A stretch of DNA of 63,647 bases, counting the filler, from Alloascoidea hylecoeti (taxonomy: Eukaryota), in assembly GCA_001600815.1 (NCBI GenBank). It is 10 parts of 8 records of this genome, joined end to end, with 100 filler letters (N's around TTAATTAATTAA, not from the genome) between each part and the next. Parts side by side here need not be neighbours in the genome. Positions count along the whole stretch, not along the records: positions 18,178 to 48,916 come from BCKZ01000006.1; positions 49,017 to 50,287 come from BCKZ01000007.1; 8 more parts are not named here. One strand, given 5' to 3'. Within the stretch, counting starts at the first letter, position 1, and the number at the start of each line of letters is the position of its first letter. Shown one piece after another: positions 38,089 through 50,387 of the stretch. The position numbers and the translations under genes are program-made. The notes under the pieces were generated by a model that was given only the letters and a program-made list of their open reading frames with translations, was not told the origin of the DNA and did not search any database.

Positions 38089-39708
38089 ATGGGTAATTAT
38101 GTTAAGGTGTGGACTAAGAACATCCGCGATGAATTTATATTATTAGATAAGTTTCGAAAGGTAGAAAAACCTGACGAAGAAATTATTGAAAAGGTCGAAG
38201 TTGAAGAACCAGTTAAAAAACCAGATTATTGGGCAATTGCTGCATCAGGAACTGGTCTTTTTTCAGATGGTTACGTTAACAATTCTATTTCTGCTGTGAA
38301 TGTTTGTTTAAAAATTCTTTACCCAGAGGAGATGAGCAAATCCTCAGCTATTTCAAATGTCAGTTCTGTTGTTTTTGCAGGAACTGTTCTTGGACAATTG
38401 GGATTTGGATATGTCGCAGATAAATATTCACGAAAGTTGGTCATGTTATGTTCCAATAGTATTCTTATCATCTTTGCGCTTTTATGTGGTTTATCATGGG
38501 GTGCTAATGCATCTGTCGGTGGCATGCTCGCGGCTTTAACCGCCTACAGATTTTTTTTGGGTATAGGTATTGGTGGTGAATATCCGGCCGGCTCAGTTGC
38601 TGCTGCCGAAGCCAGTTCTTCAATTCCAAGTGGTAAAAGAAATAGATGGTTTATTTGGTTTACAAATTGTATGATTGACAGTGGTTTTGTCATTGCTGCT
38701 CTTGTCCCAGTAATTTTATTAAATATCTATAAAAGAGAAAATCTTGGATGGGTTTGGCGTATGACTCTTGGGTTTGGTGCCATTCCCCCCTTGGCTCTTT
38801 TTTATCTTAGATTGAAATTCAAAGAACACGATCTCATCAAAAACAACAATTTTAGAAGAACAGCACCACCATATTTCTTGATTTTTAAGTACTATGGATT
38901 TAGATTAGCTGTTGTTTCATTAATTTGGTTTATTTATAACTTTTCTTCTTACTCTTTCGGTATCTATTCTGCCCCAATTCTTTCCCAAGTTAATCCCGAA
39001 GGCACCAAGAATTTAAATAAAACGTTTGGTTATAATGTCATTCTTAACTTGTTTTATTTACCAGGTGGAATACTTGGAGCCTATGCCGCTGATTATCTAG
39101 GACCTAGACTAACACTAACTATTGGTGTTATAATTCAAGGTATATTGGGTTTTGTCATGGCTGCTATTTATCCAAATATCGTCCACAATGTAGGAGCTTT
39201 CATAACTTTATATGGTTTATTTCAAGCCTTTGGTGAGTTCAGTTGTGGTGATAATATCGGTCTGATTGCTTCCAAGACTTCATCTTCTGCCGTTAGAGGT
39301 CAATACTACGGTATTGCTGCTGCAGTGGGTAAAATTGGAGCCTTTGTCGGAACATACGTCTTCCCTTATATTCAGAAGTCCGGTGGTCCAGAAGGTAGTT
39401 TAGGTTATATTAGAAATCCATTTTGGGTTTCATCTTCTTTGTGTATTTTCACCGGTTTTATTGCTTTATTTTTCCTACCAGGATTGACCCAAGATGCTAT
39501 TCTTATAGAAGATGAGCAATTCAAAGCATACCTAGAAAAGCACGGATTCGATACTAGTTTGATGGAAGCTGAAGCTGAAACAGAAGAAGAAACTCAACTA
39601 ATGGCAGATACAGATGATAATATTAAGAAAGCTAATACATCTGGTGATTTCACTACAGTTTCAGTCACCGAGAATGATAGCGGTGCTGAATCAAAGAGTG
39701 AGAAATGA
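38089..39708 (+). CDS. GIT1: MFS glycerophosphodiester permease, Git1-like
   Basis: GLFSDGYVNNSI, FLGIGIGGEYPAGSVAAAE, GDNIGLIASKT...VRGQYYGIAAAVGKIGAFVG. Confidence 0.85.
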   Translation: MGNYVKVWTKNIRDEFILLDKFRKVEKPDEEIIEKVEVEEPVKKPDYWAIAASGTGLFSDGYVNNSISAVNVCLKILYPEEMSKSSAISNVSSVVFAGTVLGQLGFGYVADKYSRKLVMLCSNSILIIFALLCGLSWGANASVGGMLAALTAYRFFLGIGIGGEYPAGSVAAAEASSSIPSGKRNRWFIWFTNCMIDSGFVIAALVPVILLNIYKRENLGWVWRMTLGFGAIPPLALFYLRLKFKEHDLIKNNNFRRTAPPYFLIFKYYGFRLAVVSLIWFIYNFSSYSFGIYSAPILSQVNPEGTKNLNKTFGYNVILNLFYLPGGILGAYAADYLGPRLTLTIGVIIQGILGFVMAAIYPNIVHNVGAFITLYGLFQAFGEFSCGDNIGLIASKTSSSAVRGQYYGIAAAVGKIGAFVGTYVFPYIQKSGGPEGSLGYIRNPFWVSSSLCIFTGFIALFFLPGLTQDAILIEDEQFKAYLEKHGFDTSLMEAEAETEEETQLMADTDDNIKKANTSGDFTTVSVTENDSGAESKSEK

Positions 39709-40242
39709 TTTCCCATACATAATAAATTTGTTTGCATGTAAAATGTTTTTGTTTTTTTAATATTTATACTATTTATATTCTTATAATTGGATTCTCGCGT
39801 TTAGTTATAAGCATTAGCATATAGATTTAACACACATCATTAATTTTGATTTCTCGAAAGTTTCCAAAATAAAGTTCCAAGGAAGATCCTAGATTTAATC
39901 TGTATTGTATATTTTTATATACCGTGAAGTAATAGCATTATGCCGAAATAATTTATGAAAACACCTCATGAAATCTGATCAATTAGTATCAGAATACAAA
40001 CAGTAGTCGATGACTTTAAAAGTGATATTAAATATCACTGACATGGGTATAGAAAGGTTTTTTCTGTTTAAATTTGAGTCTATTTCGCCAAACCCAAATT
40101 AGCACGAAAAAGAATTTGTGCGGTAAGTCGCTTTTCCTAACAAGTTCGAAAATGAAACCTCATTTTAATTACTAATCCTTCTGTTCAATCTTGCTTGCAT
40201 CAACACCCTCTTTGAGACCGTCTGTATGTTTTTATACCAAGA

Positions 40243-43200
40243 ATGCAACATCAACGAACGAACACAGTGCTTCCTTCGATCAATCAACTGGGCGTGGGAA
40301 TAACAGGAAACCATGATAATGATAGGCCTCGGAAGGGCAACCTTGCTCATCCTCGATTCCGACGTTCATACCGTGCCTGCTTAAACTGTAGGATGAGGAA
40401 AGTGAAGTGTGATTTGGGAGATATAAGTAATCCGAATGATCCTCCTTGTACTCGCTGCAAAAGGGAAGGGAAACAATGTATTTTTGTTCAAAGTAGACGA
40501 GGTGGTGATAAAAACGTTAAAATAGGCAAACAACGAAAATCTTCATCATCAGCATCCTCAAGCTCTACGTCAAAACTGTCAGACGACCATACGACTGATA
40601 TACATCAAAATGAGATGGGGGAGTTGAAAAAATTACTTGTTACTAGCAAGTTCTCACCCATAATTCAAAATAAAACACAAATACAAATTGACTCGCCAAA
40701 TGCTTCAATAACTGCAGAAGGATTCATTACAAATAATAATGACAGTAATAATAATGAACAACCGAATGGTCCAACATTACATCTCAGCTTTGGGCAGAAT
40801 GCATTTGCTTTCTTAGCAAAAGCAGCAGGTGAATTTAAGACAAACGAAGAGAATCCCGATAAAAGGATGACAAATAGTGATGAGAATGAAGACCCTTCGG
40901 GAACTCACATTGATACCAATACCGAGTCAAACAATAATGGCACGCCGGTAAATGTGAGTCCATCGTATACCTCTGCCTCTGCTACACTACACAAACAATA
41001 CACTTCACAGCGCAAGAAACTCAATACATTGGATCATGTTGGGAATAACCCTGATGACCTGTTAACGGAAAAAGAATGTGTATTTCTCATTAATAAGTTC
41101 TATGATACCATGCACTGGTATTATCCTTATCTTCCTTTGGAATTCAAAGATCCCGAAATGTTAGCATCATATCCTTTATTGTTTTATACTATAATATGTA
41201 TCACTGCACGATATCACAATCTTGAATCATCACATACAGCGACTTCAAAAGTATCAGGAAGAAATCAACATATACATAATAAATTATGGGTATACTGTCA
41301 GCAGATGATTTCTCAAACTATTTGGGCAGAAGCAAGTACGAGATCAATTGGAACTGTTTATGCATTTTTACTATTCACAGAATGGAACCCAATAGCAATT
41401 CATTGGAGATGGTCAGATTATGGATCAGATATGACTGAAACGGGTTACAAACCGGAGGTTCCATATGGTGTAACATCGACTGATGATGGTGATGTATATT
41501 CAGGTCTTGGCGCTGTTAGAAGAAGCGAAAGAATGTCGTGGATGATGATTGGAACAGCAATTAGACTTGCCCAAGATATGGAGTTTTTCAACCATGATCC
41601 AAAGATATTTATGGCATTACATATTTCAGAATTACATACAACAATTAGTTTTGGAAAACAAAGTTTATTAATTAATTCGCTGGCGAAATTTTCTACTGAA
41701 CAAACTGATCAAGAAAATTTAGATATTAGAGGTGATAATGTGGATGATGACGCAATACTAAATACAATTTATAATTCAAATATGCATTTTACAAAATATG
41801 AAAAGGCCAAGTTAGATGTTTTAAAAATTTTAGCAATGGGTTATAATATTTTATATTCCCCTAAATCAGAAAGAAATATCGCATTCAATGAAGAAACAAA
41901 ATTGTTACGTGGGAATTTACAAACAAAAAGTACAAGAAATTTAAATCCAAGGCATTATTTATCAATAATGGTTTTCTTATCTCCTCATCTTGAAAATTGG
42001 TCACCAAAATATAGAGATGTATTAAATTTGAAGGCTGAACATAATCTACCAATTGGTGACAAACTTGATAGATTTTCTACACTTTTTGATTATCATTATG
42101 CACGTCTTTATATTTATTCATTAGCTCTATCTTTAAATGATTCTACAATACCGTCTAGTACAGATCAATTAACGTTTAATGAAATTTCAAGTATTGCACG
42201 ATATGTAAAACTTGCATTTAATGCTGCTAAGCAATGTCTATCAATAGCCATTAAAATACATACCGATTTACATATGCTCTCATATATTCCTTCAAGATGG
42301 ACAATGCGAATAGTAAGATCCGTTGCATTTGTTGTGAAATATTTTCAAGCATCATCAAAAGACCCTACAGTTTTTGATACTACAACGATATCAACTACAG
42401 AAAATAACACTAATGGAGGGAAAGCCAAAACTTATACATCATCTGTATTAACTTCGATTTTATCATTATCTGTTGTCAAACATGAAGAGATTATTAAGAT
42501 TGTAGAAGATACGGCTATAATTTTGAGAGAATCAAGTCCTGATTCATTACATTTAAGCTCGAGATATTCTACAATTCTATTATATTTATGCTCTGAAATG
42601 AAGAAAAAATTAAAAGTCTTATCAAATGAAATAGATGAATCAGAAAAATTGAAACATCACCTTAAGAAATCAAAAGGAGAAGAAGTTCCTAGGCCTATTA
42701 TTTCTAATAATCATAATGGGGGAGGTAATCACGATGGCGATCCGATTTCATCATCAACTATTTTACAAAATGATAATAATGATATACAAAGTATTGCGAG
42801 ATCAAATAACAATAATATTAACTTCCCATTGGACACAAATCTACCGATCACCGAACCACCTATTATTCCGCAGTTAATGACTACAGATTTAAATGGGGGG
42901 ATACCCACTACCAGTATTAGTGGTTACGACAATAACTTGAATAGTCAATATTTTGGTACTTTACCACAAGAATCATATCAACAAATACAACCACCTCAAA
43001 CGGGATCCATGGCCCAACAACAGCAACAGCAATATCAGAATGAACAAACAAACCAAGCACAATATTCCAATCTAAACATGCAACCCTTTAACGCCGAACA
43101 AACTTCAATTGACGATGTTTTTAGATATTTGTCAGCTGACGATGGATTAGGTCTTGATTTCGTAGGGCCATGGACGGAAATGATTGAACAATTGGTTTAC

Positions 43201-43245
43201 GGGAATTCTAACCCTAATCCCATCCCCGACCCTAATTTTAATTGA
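40243..43245 (+). CDS. ARO80: Zn(II)2Cys6 transcription factor, Aro80-like
   Basis: RACLNCRMRKVKCDLG...PPCTRCKREGKQC; WAEASTRSIGTV, FTEWNP..IHW, RRSERMSWM. Confidence 0.8.
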   Translation: MQHQRTNTVLPSINQLGVGITGNHDNDRPRKGNLAHPRFRRSYRACLNCRMRKVKCDLGDISNPNDPPCTRCKREGKQCIFVQSRRGGDKNVKIGKQRKSSSSASSSSTSKLSDDHTTDIHQNEMGELKKLLVTSKFSPIIQNKTQIQIDSPNASITAEGFITNNNDSNNNEQPNGPTLHLSFGQNAFAFLAKAAGEFKTNEENPDKRMTNSDENEDPSGTHIDTNTESNNNGTPVNVSPSYTSASATLHKQYTSQRKKLNTLDHVGNNPDDLLTEKECVFLINKFYDTMHWYYPYLPLEFKDPEMLASYPLLFYTIICITARYHNLESSHTATSKVSGRNQHIHNKLWVYCQQMISQTIWAEASTRSIGTVYAFLLFTEWNPIAIHWRWSDYGSDMTETGYKPEVPYGVTSTDDGDVYSGLGAVRRSERMSWMMIGTAIRLAQDMEFFNHDPKIFMALHISELHTTISFGKQSLLINSLAKFSTEQTDQENLDIRGDNVDDDAILNTIYNSNMHFTKYEKAKLDVLKILAMGYNILYSPKSERNIAFNEETKLLRGNLQTKSTRNLNPRHYLSIMVFLSPHLENWSPKYRDVLNLKAEHNLPIGDKLDRFSTLFDYHYARLYIYSLALSLNDSTIPSSTDQLTFNEISSIARYVKLAFNAAKQCLSIAIKIHTDLHMLSYIPSRWTMRIVRSVAFVVKYFQASSKDPTVFDTTTISTTENNTNGGKAKTYTSSVLTSILSLSVVKHEEIIKIVEDTAIILRESSPDSLHLSSRYSTILLYLCSEMKKKLKVLSNEIDESEKLKHHLKKSKGEEVPRPIISNNHNGGGNHDGDPISSSTILQNDNNDIQSIARSNNNNINFPLDTNLPITEPPIIPQLMTTDLNGGIPTTSISGYDNNLNSQYFGTLPQESYQQIQPPQTGSMAQQQQQQYQNEQTNQAQYSNLNMQPFNAEQTSIDDVFRYLSADDGLGLDFVGPWTEMIEQLVYGNSNPNPIPDPNFN

Positions 43246-44626
43246 TACTAATGTCTAAATGTGATTTCTCCCTTGCAATTGCAATACAATTGGTATTATT
43301 TTATTATTGTTATATATTGTTGATTGGTTAGAAATAGTTATAGATTAATAATTGCATATCGATAATATAGGGTTTTCACTTATTTGATATTTTTTGGGAA
43401 ATTAAAGAAAAAAGTGGTAATATGGAAATTATTTAAAGTAATAACAGAAGTTTTTAGTACCGCGGGCATTTTTCAGCTTCGGTATTTAGAGATTTTATTG
43501 AAAATCATTTAGCCAAGATGAAAATAATTAGTGAATAAATAAGGAGATATTTAGCAAATAAATTTAAAATGATTTAGTGATCTATTATAAATATTCGTTA
43601 GCCATGTACAAAACAATCAGCCAGCAATTTAGTTAGCTAATAGCTATCTGAAGATTATTGAATTTGACTAGAAATTATTTAACGGTTTAGGAATTGATTA
43701 ACCATTTTTCCGGATAATAAATTATTCGTATACATTGAGAAGTGTGTGACACTGTGAAGTTGTGTGAACCCTGCTCTACAAGCACCAAAGTATGAAATTT
43801 CCTTATCTAGATCTGTCACTAATTATTTTCAGACATTCTATATCCCATAGTAAATGATTTCTATATACAGTATACGGCACGCAAATGTTAGATATCAATA
43901 TACATGTAGCATGCTTACCTTATTGAGTGCCTGAAAATAATTTGTGACAAATAATATTAAGGAAAACCTCTAATCTAGATTTAATTGAAATATTCGCCAG
44001 TCTATAACATATAAGCCTCTAGCGATTCGCTTAAAATCGAACTGGCGTTTGCCTGTTTGTGACTGTAAGGCTAATACTGCAGCTAACCATGGACCTTATA
44101 GCAAATTCATTGTAACAAGTTTAAATAGTAGACTTCTTCCAATTGTGAGTTAATAACACTAATAATATGTTACAATAATTATCATCTCATTAGCTATAGA
44201 ATAAGTAGATTTAAGCTAAAATACACAACTATAACTGTGATACTGAACATTCAATAATACTCGTATGGGCTTAATAGATATGTAAAGGTCATTACAATAA
44301 TTTAGACTACGCGATACACTAATAAACCATATTGATGAGCAATTATCGGTCACTTCCTTCAGTAATACTTGGGTGCCTATACTTTTCGAATTCCTAGGGG
44401 TTTCAGTTACCGGTATGGATACTCTAGGACTCTCCGGTTACATTTCTATACGAGAATGAAAATGGAAAAATCTTTGATAAAAATAAGTTAGAAACTAACA
44501 GAGCGCTAGTTATAGCTATATATTCGCTCTAAAATATCATAGATAGCGGCGTCTTCATTTCATGTTGTGTCAAAAATAAAAGATAAAGCATAAATATCAT
44601 AATAATGAGAAACGTCACAAGCCAAA

Positions 44627-46174
44627 TTAAGTAGACTCATCTTGACTTGGAAATGTCTTTTCTTCATCAAGATCACGCCCTTTTATATCTGTAAGGTTCT
44701 TATTGGTAACATCAGGTAATACTGGAACCCATGAAGATGTTCTCCAAGCTGGAAGCTTTGCCTCCCACATTTGGTTAATTTCTTCCAACGATTTACCTTT
44801 GGTTTCAGGAAACAACAAAAACACATGAATAGTCATACAGAAGCAAAATACAGCAAAAATTATATAGGTCTTCCAAGTAATGTTATGGAACGCCGGTGGT
44901 GTAAACATACCAATCGCAAAATTTAAGATCCAGTCTGCAGCCGTTGTAAGAGCAGTAGCTTTGGCTCTTTGCCTGGTGGGGAAAATTTCTGAGCAATATA
45001 ACCATGCACCTGGACCCCAAGTTGGAGCAAAAGTACACACGAAGAGATAACAACATGCAATAATAGCCCTAGACGCTTTCTTGTTATGGACTAATAAATT
45101 CACATTTTCATTTCCATCAACTGCATCAACTTTCTCACCCCAAACAGCAAGCAACCCAGCGATTGCAAATAACCAGATCATCATAATAAATGAGCCACAG
45201 TAAAGCAATGGACGCCTACCCCAGTGGTCAATGTAAATTAGTGCAGGTATTGTCATTACTGTATTCAGAACATATTGAATAGAAGACGCTACCAAGTTTG
45301 TATTTCCTGTATAACCTGCGGATGCAAAAATGTAGACAATATAGTACATAAGTACATTCATACCAGTTAATTGTTGCCAAATTTGACAAAATATACCAAC
45401 CATTGATCTATTAATGTTTTTCTTAGAGAATAACTCAATATAAGACATTTTCTTGGCTTCTTTTTCGATTTTAATAGAATCCCTAATTTCTTCTAACTCA
45501 ATGAGAACAATTGGGTCATCTGGGTTGTTCTTGGCCTGAACTTTTGCAACGATATCGACAGCTTCTTGCCATCTGTCGTGCGCAGCCAACCAACGAGGGG
45601 ACTCTGGTAAGAAGAATATACCAATGAAAAGCAATATACCTGGGATTATTTGCAAACCCCAGGCTAATCGAAATGATCCAACACCTTTGATTTTCGAACA
45701 ACCAAAGCTAAGATAAAACATTATTAAAATACCCAAGGTTACTGACCATTGAAACGAACAACCAAGACTACCTCTAATCTTCTTTGGAGAAATCTCGGAA
45801 ACATATACTGGAACTTGAGCTGATGCGAACCCAATAGCAAAACCGCCAATTACTCTTCCACAAATAAGCTGTGCTCTGTTCTGAGATGACGATTGTATAG
45901 CGGCCCCAATACACCAAATAATAGAAGAGATCTCAATTGAAAATTTTCTACCGAATTTATCTGAAATCATACCTACAACTAAGCTACCCAAAAACGATCC
46001 ACCACTCATACTACTTGTGATACCTCCTTGAGTAGTAGAATCGGGAGAATTGAAGTATCTTAGATAGTTATCATCATCAACAAATGCCGAAACACTGCTA
46101 ATGTCAAACCCAAATAAAACACCTCCAATACATGCTATAAATGTTGTAAGATATATGTTATAAATTGTTTTCAT
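44627..46174 (-). CDS. HGT1: Sugar porter, Hgt1-like high-affinity glucose transporter
   Basis: FGFDISS, QGGITSSMSGGS, PESPRWL, WQQLTGMNVLMYYIVYIF, PETKGKSLEE. Confidence 0.87.
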   Translation of the reverse strand: MKTIYNIYLTTFIACIGGVLFGFDISSVSAFVDDDNYLRYFNSPDSTTQGGITSSMSGGSFLGSLVVGMISDKFGRKFSIEISSIIWCIGAAIQSSSQNRAQLICGRVIGGFAIGFASAQVPVYVSEISPKKIRGSLGCSFQWSVTLGILIMFYLSFGCSKIKGVGSFRLAWGLQIIPGILLFIGIFFLPESPRWLAAHDRWQEAVDIVAKVQAKNNPDDPIVLIELEEIRDSIKIEKEAKKMSYIELFSKKNINRSMVGIFCQIWQQLTGMNVLMYYIVYIFASAGYTGNTNLVASSIQYVLNTVMTIPALIYIDHWGRRPLLYCGSFIMMIWLFAIAGLLAVWGEKVDAVDGNENVNLLVHNKKASRAIIACCYLFVCTFAPTWGPGAWLYCSEIFPTRQRAKATALTTAADWILNFAIGMFTPPAFHNITWKTYIIFAVFCFCMTIHVFLLFPETKGKSLEEINQMWEAKLPAWRTSSWVPVLPDVTNKNLTDIKGRDLDEEKTFPSQDEST

Positions 46175-47779
46175 TCGGTTTATATCAATTGCAGAGTGAA
46201 TATAAAAATGAACTTTTAATAGATTTGAGAATCGTTCAGACTTGAGAATAACCTAATATTTATAGATAGAAAATTGATTAAATAAAAATAAATTTGTAAT
46301 CAATTGCATATATAGCCAATGAAGTAATAAACCATCATTTTTGATACATATATATTTAATACTATGAACTTGTCTAGATAATCATATTTTACAAAAATCA
46401 TTATGTTTTGAGTTCGGAATCATTTCTATCTAGAGAAATATAAAAACACAAAGACAAATGACCTCATCAAATGATCCTTCTATATGAGTCCGGGGAAATA
46501 TAACTAATTTTTAATAAATATAATTGAAAATTTACAACGGATTATCAGAAAACTAGTTTTTCCTTGTTTACTCTGCGGATAATTAAATGGAAAATATCAA
46601 TCTAAATTAAATATCACTATCGATCTTACATATCTACTTTTTGCAAATAGATTATATCAATATTAAAGGTTTCTTTTAAAATACATAAGCGAGGATAAAG
46701 GTTATGTTGATATAAGCTTAAGCTTAAGGTTGCATTGACCGACTGTTGAGACTAGGTTGCGCATCGGATTTTAAAATCTTAAGATCGATCAAGCTCGATC
46801 CTAACCAAGATTTTTTTTTGAAAACCTCGCCTGATGCTCGCTGCAAGTCACTCAATGACTCGCCATATTACTCAAATCGTACCAAATTATGAGTAATCAA
46901 TACATATAAATAGTTCAGAGTCTCTAAATTTGTCTTTAATCATAAAATAATATGCCAATACGTTTGAAATTGATTATGGAAATCCGTATAGTCATCAATG
47001 CTTGCTTTAGTGAAAATGAATTTGCCCAAAATTTTTGCTCGATTTCGCCTCCATGAACGCCAAAGTTGAAATGTAGTGTGATCGCCTCGCATTCGTCCCG
47101 ATGCCATATCAGAAATCCAGTATGCTCGTATCGAGCCATGCTAGAAGGTCTGTGCTCGGGCTCGAGTGTTCGGCAATGTGCGGCCTAGCATTCTGCTATA
47201 CCCACAGATACTATTATGTTCCCCAACCGAATCCCCACATCAATTTCATATACATGTAATTTTAATTGTATTTAACAAAACCACGATTAACTAGTCACAT
47301 ATTTATTGGTCAGGTGAAATTAATCCATAACATCAATAATATTATAGTATTCAATTTAATTATATACACCTATATAATCAAATATCCAGTTAAAAATGTA
47401 TTACCGGTAGATGGCTGGGGCTAATAGGAAATGCAAGGGCCCTTGGGCATTTGATTCGGAGCAACTTATAGGCCTACATATTGTAATCATATATTAGTTA
47501 TATAAAACCTTATACTTTACACAATCGAACATAGAGTAGATGAACAGATGTCTCAGCGTTAACGTTGCAATTGCTTCACAATTTATTAACATAAAATATA
47601 ATAGACATGTTCAGAGAGAAATATTACTAAACAAAATATAGATCACGTTCCTTAACCTATCTATAACGGGGGGTCGTTCTAGTAGTCAACATACCCTCTA
47701 GATCTTTTTGTCGCGACAACTAATTCTTTGGCATACATACATATTATGAGTAGATCAAAATGCAATTAATCCAGGTAAT

Positions 47780-48480
47780 CCTATAAGTTTGAAATACTTC
47801 TGAAAGACGATTCTTGATCCTTTTGATATCACCTTTCACTGTAGCTAATTCTGAGCACTTCTTTCTCAGGTAATTGTGAGTTTGTTCCACACGTTTTCAA
47901 TGGGATTTAGGTCTGGAGGTCAATACAGCTGTTCCTTTTGATATTCCTCTAACAATAGACTGGGTTTTGTGAATTGCGGATTGGAGCATTAACCTGTTGA
48001 AGAATACTACACTCAATGTCTTGAATTAAAGATATTGCTACTGGTTTTAACACTTCGTTTATATACTTCTCTGAATCGATGCATCTTCAAAACAAACTAA
48101 TTGTGACTCTTTTCGCCCCATATCATCATCGATACCTAGATTTATGCCTTTAAAACAAGCACCTAGGATTATTGTAGTCGTCCTGAAGTTGAAACAGTGC
48201 TTTGGAGCTGATGAGCAGGGGTTTGACACAGGTTTCCAATCATCTACTGTCCAATAAATATAATCCTTGGAAAATTCAAGCCCACGTTACAGATTTTTAT
48301 CGAGTGAAGTTCACTTAAAGTTTTTAATTGTCTTGGATGACCTAAAATCTCTCCGGGGAGCGCCAAATTAATTCTCTTATTAAGAAGCCCCTGTAATCTC
48401 AAGAAGATAACTGGCTTTCTCCCAGTTGATTCAGTATACGGTGCCATTGTAGCTTTCAAAAACACCGGCGTCAACAGAGG
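47780..48480 (-). mobile_element. Tc1/mariner-superfamily transposase relic
   Basis: Minus-strand motifs in the expected order: SMMIWG (~48125), QQVNAP (~47990; cf. QDNAP) and PDLNPIENVW (47886-47916); many stops and frameshifts. Confidence 0.78.
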
Positions 48481-48757
48481 TATGGCCTACTCCGACCAAA
48501 TGAAGGAGATGTTGCTTTTTCCCTGTAGTCAGGCAAGCCATGTATATATATATCAAATGGCTATAAGTGATTAATGATTCGATGAGGTATTCTCAAATTC
48601 TTCTAATCCAGTGTAACGGCTGTCGGTCTTATAGAATTATATATATTATGTCTGATTAATTTTAATCTCTAACAAAGGAACGAAAGATTATTTATTTGGA
48701 AAAAAAGTTTTATAAAGTATAATTAACTATGGTACAACAATTAATAAAATTGAAAGA

Positions 48758-48916
48758 TTATTCTTTAATCTTTACAGACTTATCGATAACATATGCATCT
48801 TCTTCACTTGGAACTTTTTCCAGGTCACCCATTAAAGAAATGTCAAAACCATTATCGGCTAAATACTGAACGAACTCCTTATCCTCACGAGTGATTGCAT
48901 CTTGTGTCAAAGGAGG
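48758..48916 (-). CDS. 3' end of a second Git1-like permease (truncated by gap)
   Basis: PPLTQDAITREDKEFVQYLADNGFDISLM aligns with PGLTQDAILIEDEQFKAYLEKHGFDTSLM of 38089-39708. Confidence 0.82.
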   Translation of the reverse strand, partial: PPLTQDAITREDKEFVQYLADNGFDISLMGDLEKVPSEEDAYVIDKSVKIKE

Positions 48917-49016
48917 NNNNNNNNNNNNNNNNNNNNNNNNNNNNNNNNNNNNNNNNNNNNTTAATTAATTAANNNNNNNNNNNNNNNNNNNNNNNNNNNN
49001 NNNNNNNNNNNNNNNN

Positions 49017-49949
49017 ACTATTTAAATAAATTTCTGCACGCTGTTGTTCTTCGGAAATTCTAGTTTCTGCCTTTCTCATATAATCAACAACCGAATTACT
49101 TGATAAAAATAAATTGGACTTTTCTTCAAAATAAAAAGAAGTAGCTTTTAGGAAACTGTATTCGAAGTGTTCACGATAAACTACTAAATTTGTTTCCTCG
49201 GGGTCATTTTCATCTAAACCTAAAGACACAAAGGATTTGATAGCGCTAGAAACATCAGAGCTAGTAATATTTTCACCATTTCTTTGTTTTTCAATTTGTT
49301 GTAAAATTTCATTTACTAAAGTATTTAAATTTGGATCAAACATAACGTGTTTCCATTTAAATAAACATAAAGTGTAAACATCATAAATATCTGTTTTACC
49401 ATAACCCCTTACCTTGGGAACCCAGAAACGATTCAAATAACCAAACAAATGATTTAAGTATCGTGCACCAAGCGTAAAATGATTCCAAGAGCGGACATAA
49501 AATTGTAAGAAAGTTTCAGAAGGTAAACTTCGCAAGGAGGAAAGATGCTGGACTAAGTGATCAGATAATTTGAAGTAAATATCCGTCCAAGACACTTGAA
49601 AATCATGTAGCGGCAGATCTGGAAGCTGATCATATTGAACTTTCTGCAAACAATGATTATAAATTGTAGAATAAGCATCCATATACATTTCAGGAGTGAT
49701 TACTTTCCCATGTGAAATGTTATTTGCTAGGATATTGTGAATGTATGTCTCGACATATCCCCAACTAGAAAGGAGGTTGAGTGATCGTTGGATGGTTTTG
49801 GAAGAGTAAAAAAAAGGACATACATGGAAAAGGCAGTGGACATGTTCTGGTGAAAATACAACACAATAGGGTCGAGATAGAGAGAAATATAGAACAAGCG
49901 CTGGGGTGGAGGAAGATGTAGAAGAAGTGTGGTGCATCGCGAAGCTCAA
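49017..49949 (-). CDS. Cullin (Cdc53/Cul1-like) N-terminal region, divergent; start uncertain, 3'-truncated
   Basis: YMDAYSTIYNHC, YLNHLFGYLNRFWV, IEKQRNGE, SFVSLGLD, VYREHFE, DYMRKAETRISEE. Confidence 0.85.
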
Positions 49950-50387
49950 GCATGCTTTTATTCATTATGTTGCACGTTATATGATATGCATATAAAAATA
50001 CATGTAGTATTTAATTATTATACCGGCAAATATTTAGATCAATATTATTCATGATCGTCGATATTCAGCCTGTGGACTTATTTAATTTGCAAGTTGGATC
50101 ATAATCTAGGTTAACAGGCAGAAAAATTAAATGTTTAAACAAAAGGACAACTACAAACCAATTATAACCTGATAACCAATCAATTATATACCTATATATA
50201 TATATATATAAAGTATATACCTTCACACTTCATAAATCATATACGCTTCCCAATTGATAGTTACGAGGGAAATAGTATGAAGCTATANNNNNNNNNNNNN
50301 NNNNNNNNNNNNNNNNNNNNNNNNNNNNNNNTTAATTAATTAANNNNNNNNNNNNNNNNNNNNNNNNNNNNNNNNNNNNNNNNNNNN

